The notes beneath the pieces were generated by a model. It ran no database searches, had not been told where the DNA came from, and saw only the letters and a program-made list of their open reading frames with translations. A stretch of DNA of 64,000 bases from a virus. The number at the start of each line of letters is the position of its first letter. Positions within the stretch are counted from its first letter, which is position 1. The DNA lies in IMG/VR virus record IMGVR_UViG_3300020203_000013, positions 38,269-102,268 of that record; one strand, given 5' to 3'. A program made the position numbers and the translations under genes. Below are positions 38,778-47,905 of the stretch, one piece after another.

Positions 38778-38834
38778 AGTAGGTATTAGTCTCCGTAAGT
38801 ATTGGATATTTTTACACCTTTTAAATAGTACAAC

Positions 38835-39932
38835 TTAACTGTTGACTACTTCAAGTGCCGAATTTACAATGTACTTTAGCTGATTTTCATTTAAGTCTGG
38901 GAAACTTGGAAGATTAAAACCTAGTTTATAGATTTCTTCACAGTTAGTAAGGGGAACTGGTGTCTTTATATCAAACCCCTTCATGAGGTGGATTGGAGTA
39001 AACACTGACCTAGTATCTACATTCTTTTTTGACATCTCACTTTGAAACTTAGAGTAGTTAATAGTGTTTGGTAATTTAAATACAGGCATCCACTCAGAAC
39101 TGTCTATAGATGGCCATACGTTGGTGATAGGGGAACCTTCAAATCGTGTCCTATAGAATGATGCTAGGGCTTTCTTTTTATGGGTTATTCCGGCTAGCTC
39201 TTCTAACTGTGCAGTACCTATAGCGGCCTGAATGTTGGTCATCCTAAAGTTATGACCTGGACCATCGTGGATAAAACCACCAATATGAGATTGGCTCTTC
39301 AGAAGTCTAAGTTTTTTACTTAACTCCAGGTTATTAGTGCAAACACATCCACCCTCTCCTGTTGTAATATTTTTGTTAGCGAAGAAAGAAAAAGATGATG
39401 CTACTCCTAAACTGCCGACAGCTTTACCATCGGGCATAAAGCAGTTGAATGCCTCTGCACTATCCTCAATTAAGTGAATGGAATTTGAATTACAGAAGTC
39501 TATTAAGTAATTCATATCAGGTGCATCACTATAAAGTTCGGGCACCATAATAGCTTTAGTCTTTTTACTTAAGCATTGTTTTAGTTTATCTAAATCCATT
39601 TGAAAGTTATTATCAGAATCTACTAGCACCGCTGTGGAGCCAGATAGGTTGATAGAGCTTATAGTTGCTGCATAAGTTAAGCTGGGAGTAATTACCTCGT
39701 CACCGTAACCTATATTCAAGCCCCTGAGGATGAGTAATAAGGAAACTGATCCATTAAAGGTACTAAGAGTGTTACTAATTCCTAAAGCCTTAGATATGGA
39801 TTTTTCAAACTTGTCTATGTAATCTCCCCTAGAACTAATCCAATTAGAGTCTATACAATCCAGAACATACTTTCTTTGGTTCTTAGCTTTATGAGGTTCG
39901 TATACTGGTATTAAACTCTTTGGCTTATACAT
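38835..39932 (-). CDS. DegT/DnrJ/EryC1/StrS aminotransferase (perosamine synthase-like)
   Basis: NWISSRG, IEDSAEA, SFSFFANKNITTGEGG, NFRMTNIQAAIG, NLPSFP; start set at ATG 39932. Confidence 0.9.
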   Translation of the reverse strand: MYKPKSLIPVYEPHKAKNQRKYVLDCIDSNWISSRGDYIDKFEKSISKALGISNTLSTFNGSVSLLLILRGLNIGYGDEVITPSLTYAATISSINLSGSTAVLVDSDNNFQMDLDKLKQCLSKKTKAIMVPELYSDAPDMNYLIDFCNSNSIHLIEDSAEAFNCFMPDGKAVGSLGVASSFSFFANKNITTGEGGCVCTNNLELSKKLRLLKSQSHIGGFIHDGPGHNFRMTNIQAAIGTAQLEELAGITHKKKALASFYRTRFEGSPITNVWPSIDSSEWMPVFKLPNTINYSKFQSEMSKKNVDTRSVFTPIHLMKGFDIKTPVPLTNCEEIYKLGFNLPSFPDLNENQLKYIVNSALEVVNS

Positions 39933-40975
39933 TATAGGCTCTCCAAAAACTCTTTCCAATCCGACCGAACTTTATCCTTAGAGAACTCTTTCAAGACTAA
40001 CTCCCTGCCATTCTTGGATATATACTCAGCCAATTGCCTATTGTTTAACAGTTCTTTTAGAATTGAATTCAGTTCTCCTAGGTTATCTGAGAAAAATGCA
40101 TGTACCCCGTTTGTAATTAAGTCGGAAGGTTCGTAGGTTCCATCCCACTTACTGCCTCTCCAGTTGCCCAGATCTGGGCCCCAAGTAACTGTAGGTGTTC
40201 CTGTAAGCATGGCCTCTAGCATGTTATAAGTCAAGGATGCTGGTTTAGAGCCTAAGGCGAAGTATGCCTTAGCCTTCCTGTACGCCAGCCTCTGATCTTC
40301 CCAGGAAAGATGTCCTATGACCTCAGGATGCCCATCAGAGGTACCGCCATATGTCTTATGGGGAATGTCGGAAACTACCTGTAGATACTGAGGGGTATTA
40401 CTGATAAAGGATCGGCGGGCGAAAAAGTTATTAAAGGTTAACACGTAGTTATCTGTACCTTCCCAACCAAAGTAATCCTTTTCATTTACAAAGGGCCTGA
40501 TAACTCTAGTCATAGGTAAAGATCCTAGAATATTCTGCTCTTTAGGGGAACCTCTGACAACTTTAAGTCCTTGAGATATTAAAGGGGCCATAGCCACCTC
40601 TATCTCAGGCTGTTGTTGGGTATAAGTATGCCATATTACCGGCTTATGTTTAATTGCATCCCAGTTAGCTAATACCCCATAAGGCCAAGGACAACAGTGA
40701 CTTACTAGAACAATATCAAACTGATCTACTAGTTCTTTTGATACAATAGATGCCCCATGTATTTGCTTATTGGGACAGGACTTTCTAAATGAATCGATCC
40801 ACTCTTGATTGGCTGTCTTATTAATTGACTGTCTATATAATCCATCTGCTGGAATTGGATTTTGTGGGTCTAGGAAATGGCCAGTCGAAAACCAGTCATA
40901 TCCTAGCTCTGTAAAAAGAGTCATCAAGTCGAACTCCATAATTATGTGGTCGGAGCTAATGTGTAAAATCTTCAT
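39932..40975 (-). CDS. GT-B (GT4-like) glycosyltransferase
   Basis: NMLEAMLTGTPTV, ITNGVHAF, ISKNGRELVLKEFS. Confidence 0.8.
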   Translation of the reverse strand: MKILHISSDHIIMEFDLMTLFTELGYDWFSTGHFLDPQNPIPADGLYRQSINKTANQEWIDSFRKSCPNKQIHGASIVSKELVDQFDIVLVSHCCPWPYGVLANWDAIKHKPVIWHTYTQQQPEIEVAMAPLISQGLKVVRGSPKEQNILGSLPMTRVIRPFVNEKDYFGWEGTDNYVLTFNNFFARRSFISNTPQYLQVVSDIPHKTYGGTSDGHPEVIGHLSWEDQRLAYRKAKAYFALGSKPASLTYNMLEAMLTGTPTVTWGPDLGNWRGSKWDGTYEPSDLITNGVHAFFSDNLGELNSILKELLNNRQLAEYISKNGRELVLKEFSKDKVRSDWKEFLESL

Positions 40976-40981
40976 AGACCT

Positions 40982-41041
40982 ATTATACCTTATTAATTGA
41001 TAATTTCAAATGTAGACTTCTATCTAAATAGTTGATAAAAT
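40982..41041. promoter_or_regulatory. Back-to-back sigma70-type promoters
   Basis: Plus: TAGACT(41013)-17-TAAAAT(41036) with extended TG; minus: TTGAAA-16-TATAAT ending 6 nt before ATG 40975. Confidence 0.6.
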
Positions 41042-41051
41042 ACACTCATCT

Positions 41052-42035
41052 ATGAGAATAATTGCACATCGGGGGAACTTAACGGGGCCAAACCCAGAAA
41101 TGGAGAATAATCCTTCTTACTTACTAAAGGCTTTGGGTGAGGGATATGACGTAGAAGTTGATGTATGGAAGACTCCAGATGGTCTATTTCTAGGTCATGA
41201 TATTCCAGATTATAAAATAGAAAGATCTTTTCTTTGTAATAAACGAGTTTGGTCTCATGCTAAGACTATAGAAACCTTTTACTTTTTGTCTCAGTTTAAA
41301 GACATAAATACCTTTTATCAAACTGAAGAAGATGTGGTGTTAACTAGTAGAGGTTTTTTCTGGTCTCATTCTAAAAATAAAGTATTTAATGAAAAAACTA
41401 TCTGTACTGATTTAAATCCTAATCCTAGTCATCTAAGTGGTCGTATAGATATTTATGGATTTTGCACAGATTACTGTTTAGAGGCCAGTTCTTACTTACC
41501 TAAGGAAAACAAATCCTTTCCGTTCAAACTATTGATACTAGATATTGATGGGGTAATGACTGACGGTACTAAAACATATGGACTATTAGGGGAAGTTTTA
41601 TCTAAGAAGTATTGTGACTTAGACTTTACCGCAATAAAAAGATTTAAGTCTGCTGGAATTAAAGTATGTTTTTTATCAGGAGATACTACAGTCAATGAGG
41701 AGATGGCGGAGTCTAGGAAGATAGACTTTTTTCATGCGCGGGCAGATAATGGAAACATAGATAAATCCGATTTTGTAAATAAACTTACCAATCACTATGG
41801 AGTTCATAAATCAGAAATGGCTTATGTAGGGGATGACTATTACGATTTAAGTATAATAGAGTCTCTTAAATTTACTTACTGTCCTTCTACCGCAAATGGT
41901 TGCATTAAAGAAAGATGTTCTAGGGTTCTAGACTCTCCTGGTGGTCATGGAGTAGTTGCTGAGTTGTATGAAATCCTTAAGGATGGGTTAGATTATGCCT
42001 TTCCAATAGACTCAATAGAGGTAAACCCTAAGTGA
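41052..42035 (+). CDS. Fusion: GDPD-like phosphodiesterase domain plus KdsC-type HAD phosphatase
   Basis: IAHRGN..EN..DVEVDVW..LGHD; then LDIDGVMTDG, LSGD, YVGDDYYD, GGHGVVAE. Confidence 0.8.
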   Translation: MRIIAHRGNLTGPNPEMENNPSYLLKALGEGYDVEVDVWKTPDGLFLGHDIPDYKIERSFLCNKRVWSHAKTIETFYFLSQFKDINTFYQTEEDVVLTSRGFFWSHSKNKVFNEKTICTDLNPNPSHLSGRIDIYGFCTDYCLEASSYLPKENKSFPFKLLILDIDGVMTDGTKTYGLLGEVLSKKYCDLDFTAIKRFKSAGIKVCFLSGDTTVNEEMAESRKIDFFHARADNGNIDKSDFVNKLTNHYGVHKSEMAYVGDDYYDLSIIESLKFTYCPSTANGCIKERCSRVLDSPGGHGVVAELYEILKDGLDYAFPIDSIEVNPK

Positions 42036-42949
42036 TTAAAATAGATTTACATCTTATCGGTAACTCAATAGTTGACCAAGTATTTGAAATTAAAAAATCT
42101 AAGTCAGATAGTAAAGGCTTCCTTCCAGGAAGTTCCAACAGTTATTCATCTAGCAGAGTGTGTTTTGGGGGTTTAGGAAATTTACTTTCAGTATTTAAGA
42201 AGTCAAAACTAAACTTTCATGTATCTACTCATATAGGTAAAGACCAGAATGGTCAGAAGCTTAAGGACTATTTCTTAAAGAATAAAATAAATTTTAGCCC
42301 TTACGGTATAAAAGAAACTAGCTCTGCGTTACTCCTATCAGAAACTCTTGAAAACAACATTAAAGAGAAGACTAGTTTTGTAAGGTGGGGAGATGTTTCT
42401 GATTTGAAGAATTTTAAACCAGTAAAAGCGAGATGGGCTCATATTTCCTACCTAGATGTTGTACATAACTTAGACTTATCAGAATTAAGAAAACAATACG
42501 ATTACATGTCCGCTGATTTGTGCCTTAATGACCCAAAAAAGTCTGTAATAAATAAAGTTTTAAAAAGTCTTAAGTATTTAGATTTTCTTTTTATCTCTAC
42601 CAATGAGGCTTACACTTATACTAACTTAGTAACCAGGGAGAGTGGGGTTCTTTATATAGGAGATTTTTTAACTAAGCTTCTTAGAGATAAAAAGTCAGAT
42701 ACTAAAGTAATACTACATTCCCCTTACTTCTGTTCTGTATGCGAAAGGAGTGAAGAGCCTGTACATATAAGCTACCCTAATGCTAGAGGAAACGTATCTG
42801 TTGTGGGGGCGGGAGATAAGTTCTGTGCTAACTTCATCTCTTTTCTACTATATAATTGTAAGGAAATTACAAAACGAAATATACTTCTAGCTTGTGAGCG
42901 GTCTCATAAAAAAACTAAAAGTAGTTTAGAAACTTATGAAGAAATATAA
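42032..42949 (+). CDS. PfkB-family carbohydrate kinase
   Basis: GGLGN, IGKDQNG, STNEA, VVGAGDKF. Confidence 0.8.
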   Translation: MIKIDLHLIGNSIVDQVFEIKKSKSDSKGFLPGSSNSYSSSRVCFGGLGNLLSVFKKSKLNFHVSTHIGKDQNGQKLKDYFLKNKINFSPYGIKETSSALLLSETLENNIKEKTSFVRWGDVSDLKNFKPVKARWAHISYLDVVHNLDLSELRKQYDYMSADLCLNDPKKSVINKVLKSLKYLDFLFISTNEAYTYTNLVTRESGVLYIGDFLTKLLRDKKSDTKVILHSPYFCSVCERSEEPVHISYPNARGNVSVVGAGDKFCANFISFLLYNCKEITKRNILLACERSHKKTKSSLETYEEI

Positions 42950-44093
42950 CTTATTGGTGCCTTTGGCTGGGAAGGGGCAAAGAATGGTGGATGGGGGTTA
43001 CTCCTTTCCAAAGCCAATGATTATGGCTGGGGATCGGCATATTCTAGATTACGGTTTAGACTCTATTGATTACTCTGAGTGTAATTTAATATTCGTAGTC
43101 AGGAGAGATCATATCTGTAATTTTGCAATAGATAAGTTCCTAGAGAAGTATGGATCAGATATTAAAATTATTGTTGCAGAAGAAGACACTAAAGGATCAG
43201 TCTCTACTTGCCTCCTAGCTAAAGACGAAATCAATAGTGATATACCTCTTATTATATTCTGCCCTGACATATATTTTGAGGATAAGTTTAAGCCTACGGA
43301 CGATTCCTTTAAACACGAAGGACTTATATTAACCTTTAAAGCTAACTCTGCTAACTATAGTTACGTCTGTGAAGACCAAGACGGCTTTGTAGAGCGTACC
43401 GCAGAGAAACTTGTTATCAGCGATAATGCCTCTGTTGGAGTCTATTGCTTTAAATCTGGTAAGAGTTTTGTAAACTTAGCAGAGCTTGCAACCACCAATG
43501 ACCTTAAAACTAAAAATGAGTTTTATATCTGCCCGCTTTATAATTTGCTAATTGCCGGTGGGGGTAAAGTTAAATCCCAACAAGTACGAGTCATGTACGT
43601 TATGGGAACTCCCGATGAAATGAGTTTCTTTAAGGAAGTTATATATCCTTACTTTTTAAAAAGAAAGATTATCTTATGTGCAGACCATTCTGGTTTCGAA
43701 ACTAAAGAAAGAATTAAAGATTACTTGATAGAGTTGGAGTACGATTTTCTTGATTGTGGCACTTACTCTAAATCCGATTGTGATTACAGCGACTACATTG
43801 ATCAAGCAGTAGAGTCCAAGAGGTTTTTTCCAGGAGCTTTAATTATTGGGTGTTGTAGATCGGCTCAGGGTATTAACATGTGCGCCAATAAACATTCTGG
43901 TATTAGATCTGCTATGATCTCTACAGCCGAGGCTGCATCTTTAGCTATAAGACATAACGCAGCTAACTTCTTTGCAATTCCAGTAGGTATAGATGCTGTA
44001 GAACTAGAGTCTATGATTGATACCCTCCTCTCTGAGAAGTTTGAAGGCGGAAGATTTCAAAATAGATTGCAAAAACTTAAACGAATACTTTAA
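42936..44093 (+). CDS. Fusion: sugar nucleotidyltransferase-like domain plus RpiB-type sugar-phosphate isomerase
   Basis: LAGKGQRM..PKPMI, AEK, EFYICPLYN, MGTP; then ADHSGFETK, DY, ANKHSGIRSA, HNAAN, FEGGR. Confidence 0.85.
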   Translation: MKKYNLLVPLAGKGQRMVDGGYSFPKPMIMAGDRHILDYGLDSIDYSECNLIFVVRRDHICNFAIDKFLEKYGSDIKIIVAEEDTKGSVSTCLLAKDEINSDIPLIIFCPDIYFEDKFKPTDDSFKHEGLILTFKANSANYSYVCEDQDGFVERTAEKLVISDNASVGVYCFKSGKSFVNLAELATTNDLKTKNEFYICPLYNLLIAGGGKVKSQQVRVMYVMGTPDEMSFFKEVIYPYFLKRKIILCADHSGFETKERIKDYLIELEYDFLDCGTYSKSDCDYSDYIDQAVESKRFFPGALIIGCCRSAQGINMCANKHSGIRSAMISTAEAASLAIRHNAANFFAIPVGIDAVELESMIDTLLSEKFEGGRFQNRLQKLKRIL

Positions 44094-44413
44094 TGAAAGT
44101 CTCTAAATTATCTGATTTCAGTAATGGGTGGTTTATAGGGGACTTTGAACCTACCTTACTTAAGACAAGTCAATTTGAAGTTGCTCATCATAAATACATT
44201 AAGGGGTATAAGGGTATACCACATACTCACAAGGTTTCTACTGAATATAACTATGTAATTAGTGGAAAACTTATTGCTTCAGGTGAAGAGGTTAATTCAG
44301 GGGAGATATTTACTTACTTTCCTAATGAAGTCTCTGATGTAACATTCTTAGAAGACACTGACCTCATAATAATAAAGTCCCCTTCAATACCTAATGATAA
44401 GTTTAACTGCTAA
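44093..44413 (+). CDS. Cupin-fold protein
   Basis: GWFIGDFEP, HTHK..TE.N.VISG. Confidence 0.75.
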   Translation: MKVSKLSDFSNGWFIGDFEPTLLKTSQFEVAHHKYIKGYKGIPHTHKVSTEYNYVISGKLIASGEEVNSGEIFTYFPNEVSDVTFLEDTDLIIIKSPSIPNDKFNC

Positions 44414-45425
44414 GGACTAGTTTCCATTGTTGTAGTTTATCTTCTTTTGAAAATAATTTAATAGCTAATTTTCTAGCTTCTACAGATATACTCTTTGCTA
44501 GCTTTTCATTCGAGACGAGTTCTTTAGCTATATCTACCAGTTCCCCTGAATTATCAGAATAGAATCCATTTATACCGTTTTCTATTACATCTGGTAAGGT
44601 GTAAGTTCCTCCGTAGTGGGGATGTTTAGATCCTCCCAAATTTGGGCCAAAGTTGATTGTAGGCATTCCAGTCATTAAAGCCTCCATTAAATTGTAAGTA
44701 TACCAAGAAGGTTTAGTACCTAAAGAGAAGTAAGCTCTGTGAGACTTATACATCTCTTTTTGTGTGGTCCAGTCTACGGGTGGGGATGAGTATGAAACTT
44801 GATTATTATATCCAACTAGTTTAAATGGAAAATCTTTTATAATACTGGAGTAAACCTCATAATTATCATAGACTCTAATTCCAACCTCATCTACATGAGA
44901 TAATCTAGTCCTGAAGTCATTTTGAAAAGTTAAGACGGCTAACTCATTTCCTGCCCAGCCTTTATAGGTATCTTTATCTACGTAGTGGGATATTACATAA
45001 TCGGATTTGGTAGAAAAAGATAAATTATTTTCCCAATCAAACATTCTAACTAGGATTAAGCCCTCTAACTGACAAGATCTTAGTAAGTTTTCAGTCTTAT
45101 GGGTAGGATTATCGTGAGACCTATAAATTACTTTTTTATTTTTCAGGATTGGCCAAAATTGTTCTAAATAGGCCGGTGAATTACTTATAAATATTATATC
45201 AAAATTATTTAAGGTATTTATAAGGGGGTCAAAGTCACTTCTAAGTATTTCACTGTATAGACTAGGTTCTATTATTTTATCTATAGGAGGTCTCATCGTT
45301 GATGTAGGAATTTGAGGATTAAAGTAATGACTCATCGATAGCCAATCGTAACCTAGTTCTGTAAACAAAGTTAAATCATCGAATTCCAAGACTGGATGTC
45401 CTGATCCTATATATAATATTTTCAT
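44403..45425 (-). CDS. GT-B (GT4-like) glycosyltransferase, paralog of 39932-40975
   Basis: Shared EFDxxTLFTELGYDW, AYFxLGxKP, TYNxxEAxxTGxPT. Confidence 0.8.
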   Translation of the reverse strand: MKILYIGSGHPVLEFDDLTLFTELGYDWLSMSHYFNPQIPTSTMRPPIDKIIEPSLYSEILRSDFDPLINTLNNFDIIFISNSPAYLEQFWPILKNKKVIYRSHDNPTHKTENLLRSCQLEGLILVRMFDWENNLSFSTKSDYVISHYVDKDTYKGWAGNELAVLTFQNDFRTRLSHVDEVGIRVYDNYEVYSSIIKDFPFKLVGYNNQVSYSSPPVDWTTQKEMYKSHRAYFSLGTKPSWYTYNLMEALMTGMPTINFGPNLGGSKHPHYGGTYTLPDVIENGINGFYSDNSGELVDIAKELVSNEKLAKSISVEARKLAIKLFSKEDKLQQWKLVLSS

Positions 45426-46373
45426 TTATTTAACTCTTCCAATTAGATTTTCAAATTTCAAAAAGAATTCCGACTCTTTCCACTTTAACAGATATGGCTC
45501 CAACACGCTAGGGCCTCGATCTATTATGTCTTGTATTTTATTACTATCTAGGCAGATTAAGTGCTTTACATCTAAGAGATGATCAAACATGGGAGATGAA
45601 CTAATTCCTATAGGTCTTCTTGCTGATAAGGCAAAGTCCACTGAGCTAGATATTCCTATTTTATTCTTCTCTTGGTATAGGAAAAGATTAACAGTGTTCT
45701 GACCTAACCATTCAACTACCTGACTTGTACTTAAAAAATCATGAGTTATTTTTAAAGTTATTCCTGGCTTGAGGGTTTTTTCATTACAGAGTTTTTCAGT
45801 ATTCAATGCATGAGTTTTACCGTCCAGGTCTACGACTGAGTTAAAAGGCATATGAAAACATATATCAGCTGTATCAAATTCATCTTGAACTCTATCTATA
45901 GTTTGTAACCAGCCTCTACTTAAAAATCCAAAGCCAAATGCTCCAATTTTAGGGACATCTTTATTAACATACTCTACTGCGTTCAAAGGTGGTATTAATC
46001 TAGGTAATGGAAAAAAACCAGGCTCTTCTTTTAATGTCGTATTAGCGTAGAAACCGTGAGAAAAGTAATAAGGATTACAGGAGGACTTTAAGTGTTGAAA
46101 TTGTCCTGGTTCATGTATTATATTGATATAGATTTTTGCAGGGCATGGAACGTGGTTATGAACATAAGACATTAGTCCTGGGACATAGTTAATTACAACT
46201 ATGTCTGCTTTAGTCCTGTTTAAGGCTAGTTGAAAGTCTTCTAAGTTTCCTGGTTCTTCATAGAAGTACTCATTAGTGTTGCTGGTAAAGTTAGTTAAGA
46301 CCTTTCCAATATTATATCCAAATTGGTATATTCCACATTGCTTACTATTAGTATTGACAAGTAAAACTCTCAT
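45426..46373 (-). CDS. Glycosyltransferase (GT-B-like)
   Basis: CGIYQFG, IGAFGF, GISSSVDFALSARRPI; start set at ATG 46373. Confidence 0.65.
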   Translation of the reverse strand: MRVLLVNTNSKQCGIYQFGYNIGKVLTNFTSNTNEYFYEEPGNLEDFQLALNRTKADIVVINYVPGLMSYVHNHVPCPAKIYINIIHEPGQFQHLKSSCNPYYFSHGFYANTTLKEEPGFFPLPRLIPPLNAVEYVNKDVPKIGAFGFGFLSRGWLQTIDRVQDEFDTADICFHMPFNSVVDLDGKTHALNTEKLCNEKTLKPGITLKITHDFLSTSQVVEWLGQNTVNLFLYQEKNKIGISSSVDFALSARRPIGISSSPMFDHLLDVKHLICLDSNKIQDIIDRGPSVLEPYLLKWKESEFFLKFENLIGRVK

Positions 46374-46377
46374 ATGT

Positions 46378-47178
46378 TTACCAAGACTCCTCATACCAGT
46401 ACTCACTTAGGACTTCTCCCACATGAAAATGATAATTTTTTAAGTTGTGTTTTGGCCAGGAGAAGTCAATTCTAGGAAAAACCTTGAATACTTTGTCCCT
46501 AAGGTTGTTATATATATTAAGTGCCTCTTCTTTTTTAGGACTGACATCTGTTAAATACTCTGCATAGTTCTCCATCATTATAGATACTCTAGAGTCAAAT
46601 AGAGAGTAGTAATGACCTCCTATATAACTTTCAGGTCTGACAACATGGTTCCAATAAGACTCTGATCCTATAGGTTTTCCGACAACTTCCTTAGGTTGCA
46701 TAAGAAAGGGAATATCAAATAGTTTTTTAAGGTCTTTAGTGCTTCCCCAAAATATATGATCTCTTGGGTGAAACGGAAAGTCTTTATACATTCCTAAAAC
46801 AAAGATAGGGGAAGATGGGCCAGAAATACCTTGATAGTGTATTTCGTTTTTAGAAAACTTTCGATAAAAACTGTCCATAGTGTCCAAAGCGGAGTGGGAA
46901 AATACCTGGTCTGTTCTCATCTTAGCACAGTAGTCGAGGCTTACATGCTTTAGTCCTTCCCTTGATGAGTGAATCTGTCTGTTTATATTTCCAACGCCTG
47001 GATACTCTACATCTTCATTCTTAACTAGTATAACTCTATTAGATTCTAGAACTGGAATGTTGCAGGATTTCCAACAGGATATTATGACATTATTTACTAG
47101 AGGATGAAGTAGATATTTAGAAACTATATCTTGAGTATAACTATAGAGAGGTCCTTGTAACACGAGATCAATTTTCAT
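46378..47178 (-). CDS. wavE: WavE-family polysaccharide synthesis protein
   Basis: DLVLQGP, IISCW, NINRQIHSS..GL, KMRTD, HPRDHIFWG, PESY. Confidence 0.75.
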   Translation of the reverse strand: MKIDLVLQGPLYSYTQDIVSKYLLHPLVNNVIISCWKSCNIPVLESNRVILVKNEDVEYPGVGNINRQIHSSREGLKHVSLDYCAKMRTDQVFSHSALDTMDSFYRKFSKNEIHYQGISGPSSPIFVLGMYKDFPFHPRDHIFWGSTKDLKKLFDIPFLMQPKEVVGKPIGSESYWNHVVRPESYIGGHYYSLFDSRVSIMMENYAEYLTDVSPKKEEALNIYNNLRDKVFKVFPRIDFSWPKHNLKNYHFHVGEVLSEYWYEESW

Positions 47179-47191
47179 GTATCGTAAAACC

Positions 47192-47905
47192 TTATCTCTT
47201 TATTAAAGTCTTAGCTGGAGAACCTACTACTGTTATATTTTCTGGAACATCTTTAGTTACTACCGCGCCCGCGCCTACTACCGCGCCCGCGCCTATGTTC
47301 TTCTTTTCTAGAATGGTACTTCCAGTTCCCAGGTAAGAACCTTCCCCTACGTGACAGTTACCTGATAGCTTTACTCCTGGACTGATCACGACATAATCAT
47401 CAATAACACAGTCGTGACCTATAGTAGAGTTCCAATTAATCATCACATGGTTTCCAATAGTAATATTGCATGTCAAAATGTTACCTGCTGTAATTAGATT
47501 ACCTACACCAATCTTATTAAAATTACGTATGCTATGGTAACGATTCTGAGGATGATCTTCTATTCCTATTACGGAGGGGTGAATTAGGTTAGGGAACGTA
47601 CAGTAATCTTTAATTTCGTTAACTATAGACTTCTTTACACTTGGAGAGCCAATTCCGATAGCTACGGATAGGGTAATCCAGTAGGGTGACCTATCTCCCT
47701 TGGTTTCATGGTAGTCCTTTATCCAAGACTCGTTCCCTAAGACTTTAATTCCATTAACTTCAGTTCCCCACTTACTTGAGTCTTTATCTATAAATCCTAA
47801 CAAGTTAAAACACGCGCCAGGATTAGATCTATTAATATCTTCTATTAATCCTACCACTTCCCTAGCAAAGCCACCCGCCCCTACAATTACTATGTCTCTA
47901 GGCAT
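47192..47905 (-). CDS. NeuD/PglD-family sugar acetyltransferase
   Basis: GAGGFAREV, AIGIG, LIHP, IGHDC, hexapeptide repeats, VVGSPAK. Confidence 0.88.
   Translation of the reverse strand: MPRDIVIVGAGGFAREVVGLIEDINRSNPGACFNLLGFIDKDSSKWGTEVNGIKVLGNESWIKDYHETKGDRSPYWITLSVAIGIGSPSVKKSIVNEIKDYCTFPNLIHPSVIGIEDHPQNRYHSIRNFNKIGVGNLITAGNILTCNITIGNHVMINWNSTIGHDCVIDDYVVISPGVKLSGNCHVGEGSYLGTGSTILEKKNIGAGAVVGAGAVVTKDVPENITVVGSPAKTLIKR

Noticed and set aside
47261-47296. 18-bp tandem repeat TACCGCGCCCGCGCCTA(C/T)
   Set aside because: It simply encodes consecutive hexapeptide repeats (IGAGAV/VGAGAV) of the acetyltransferase
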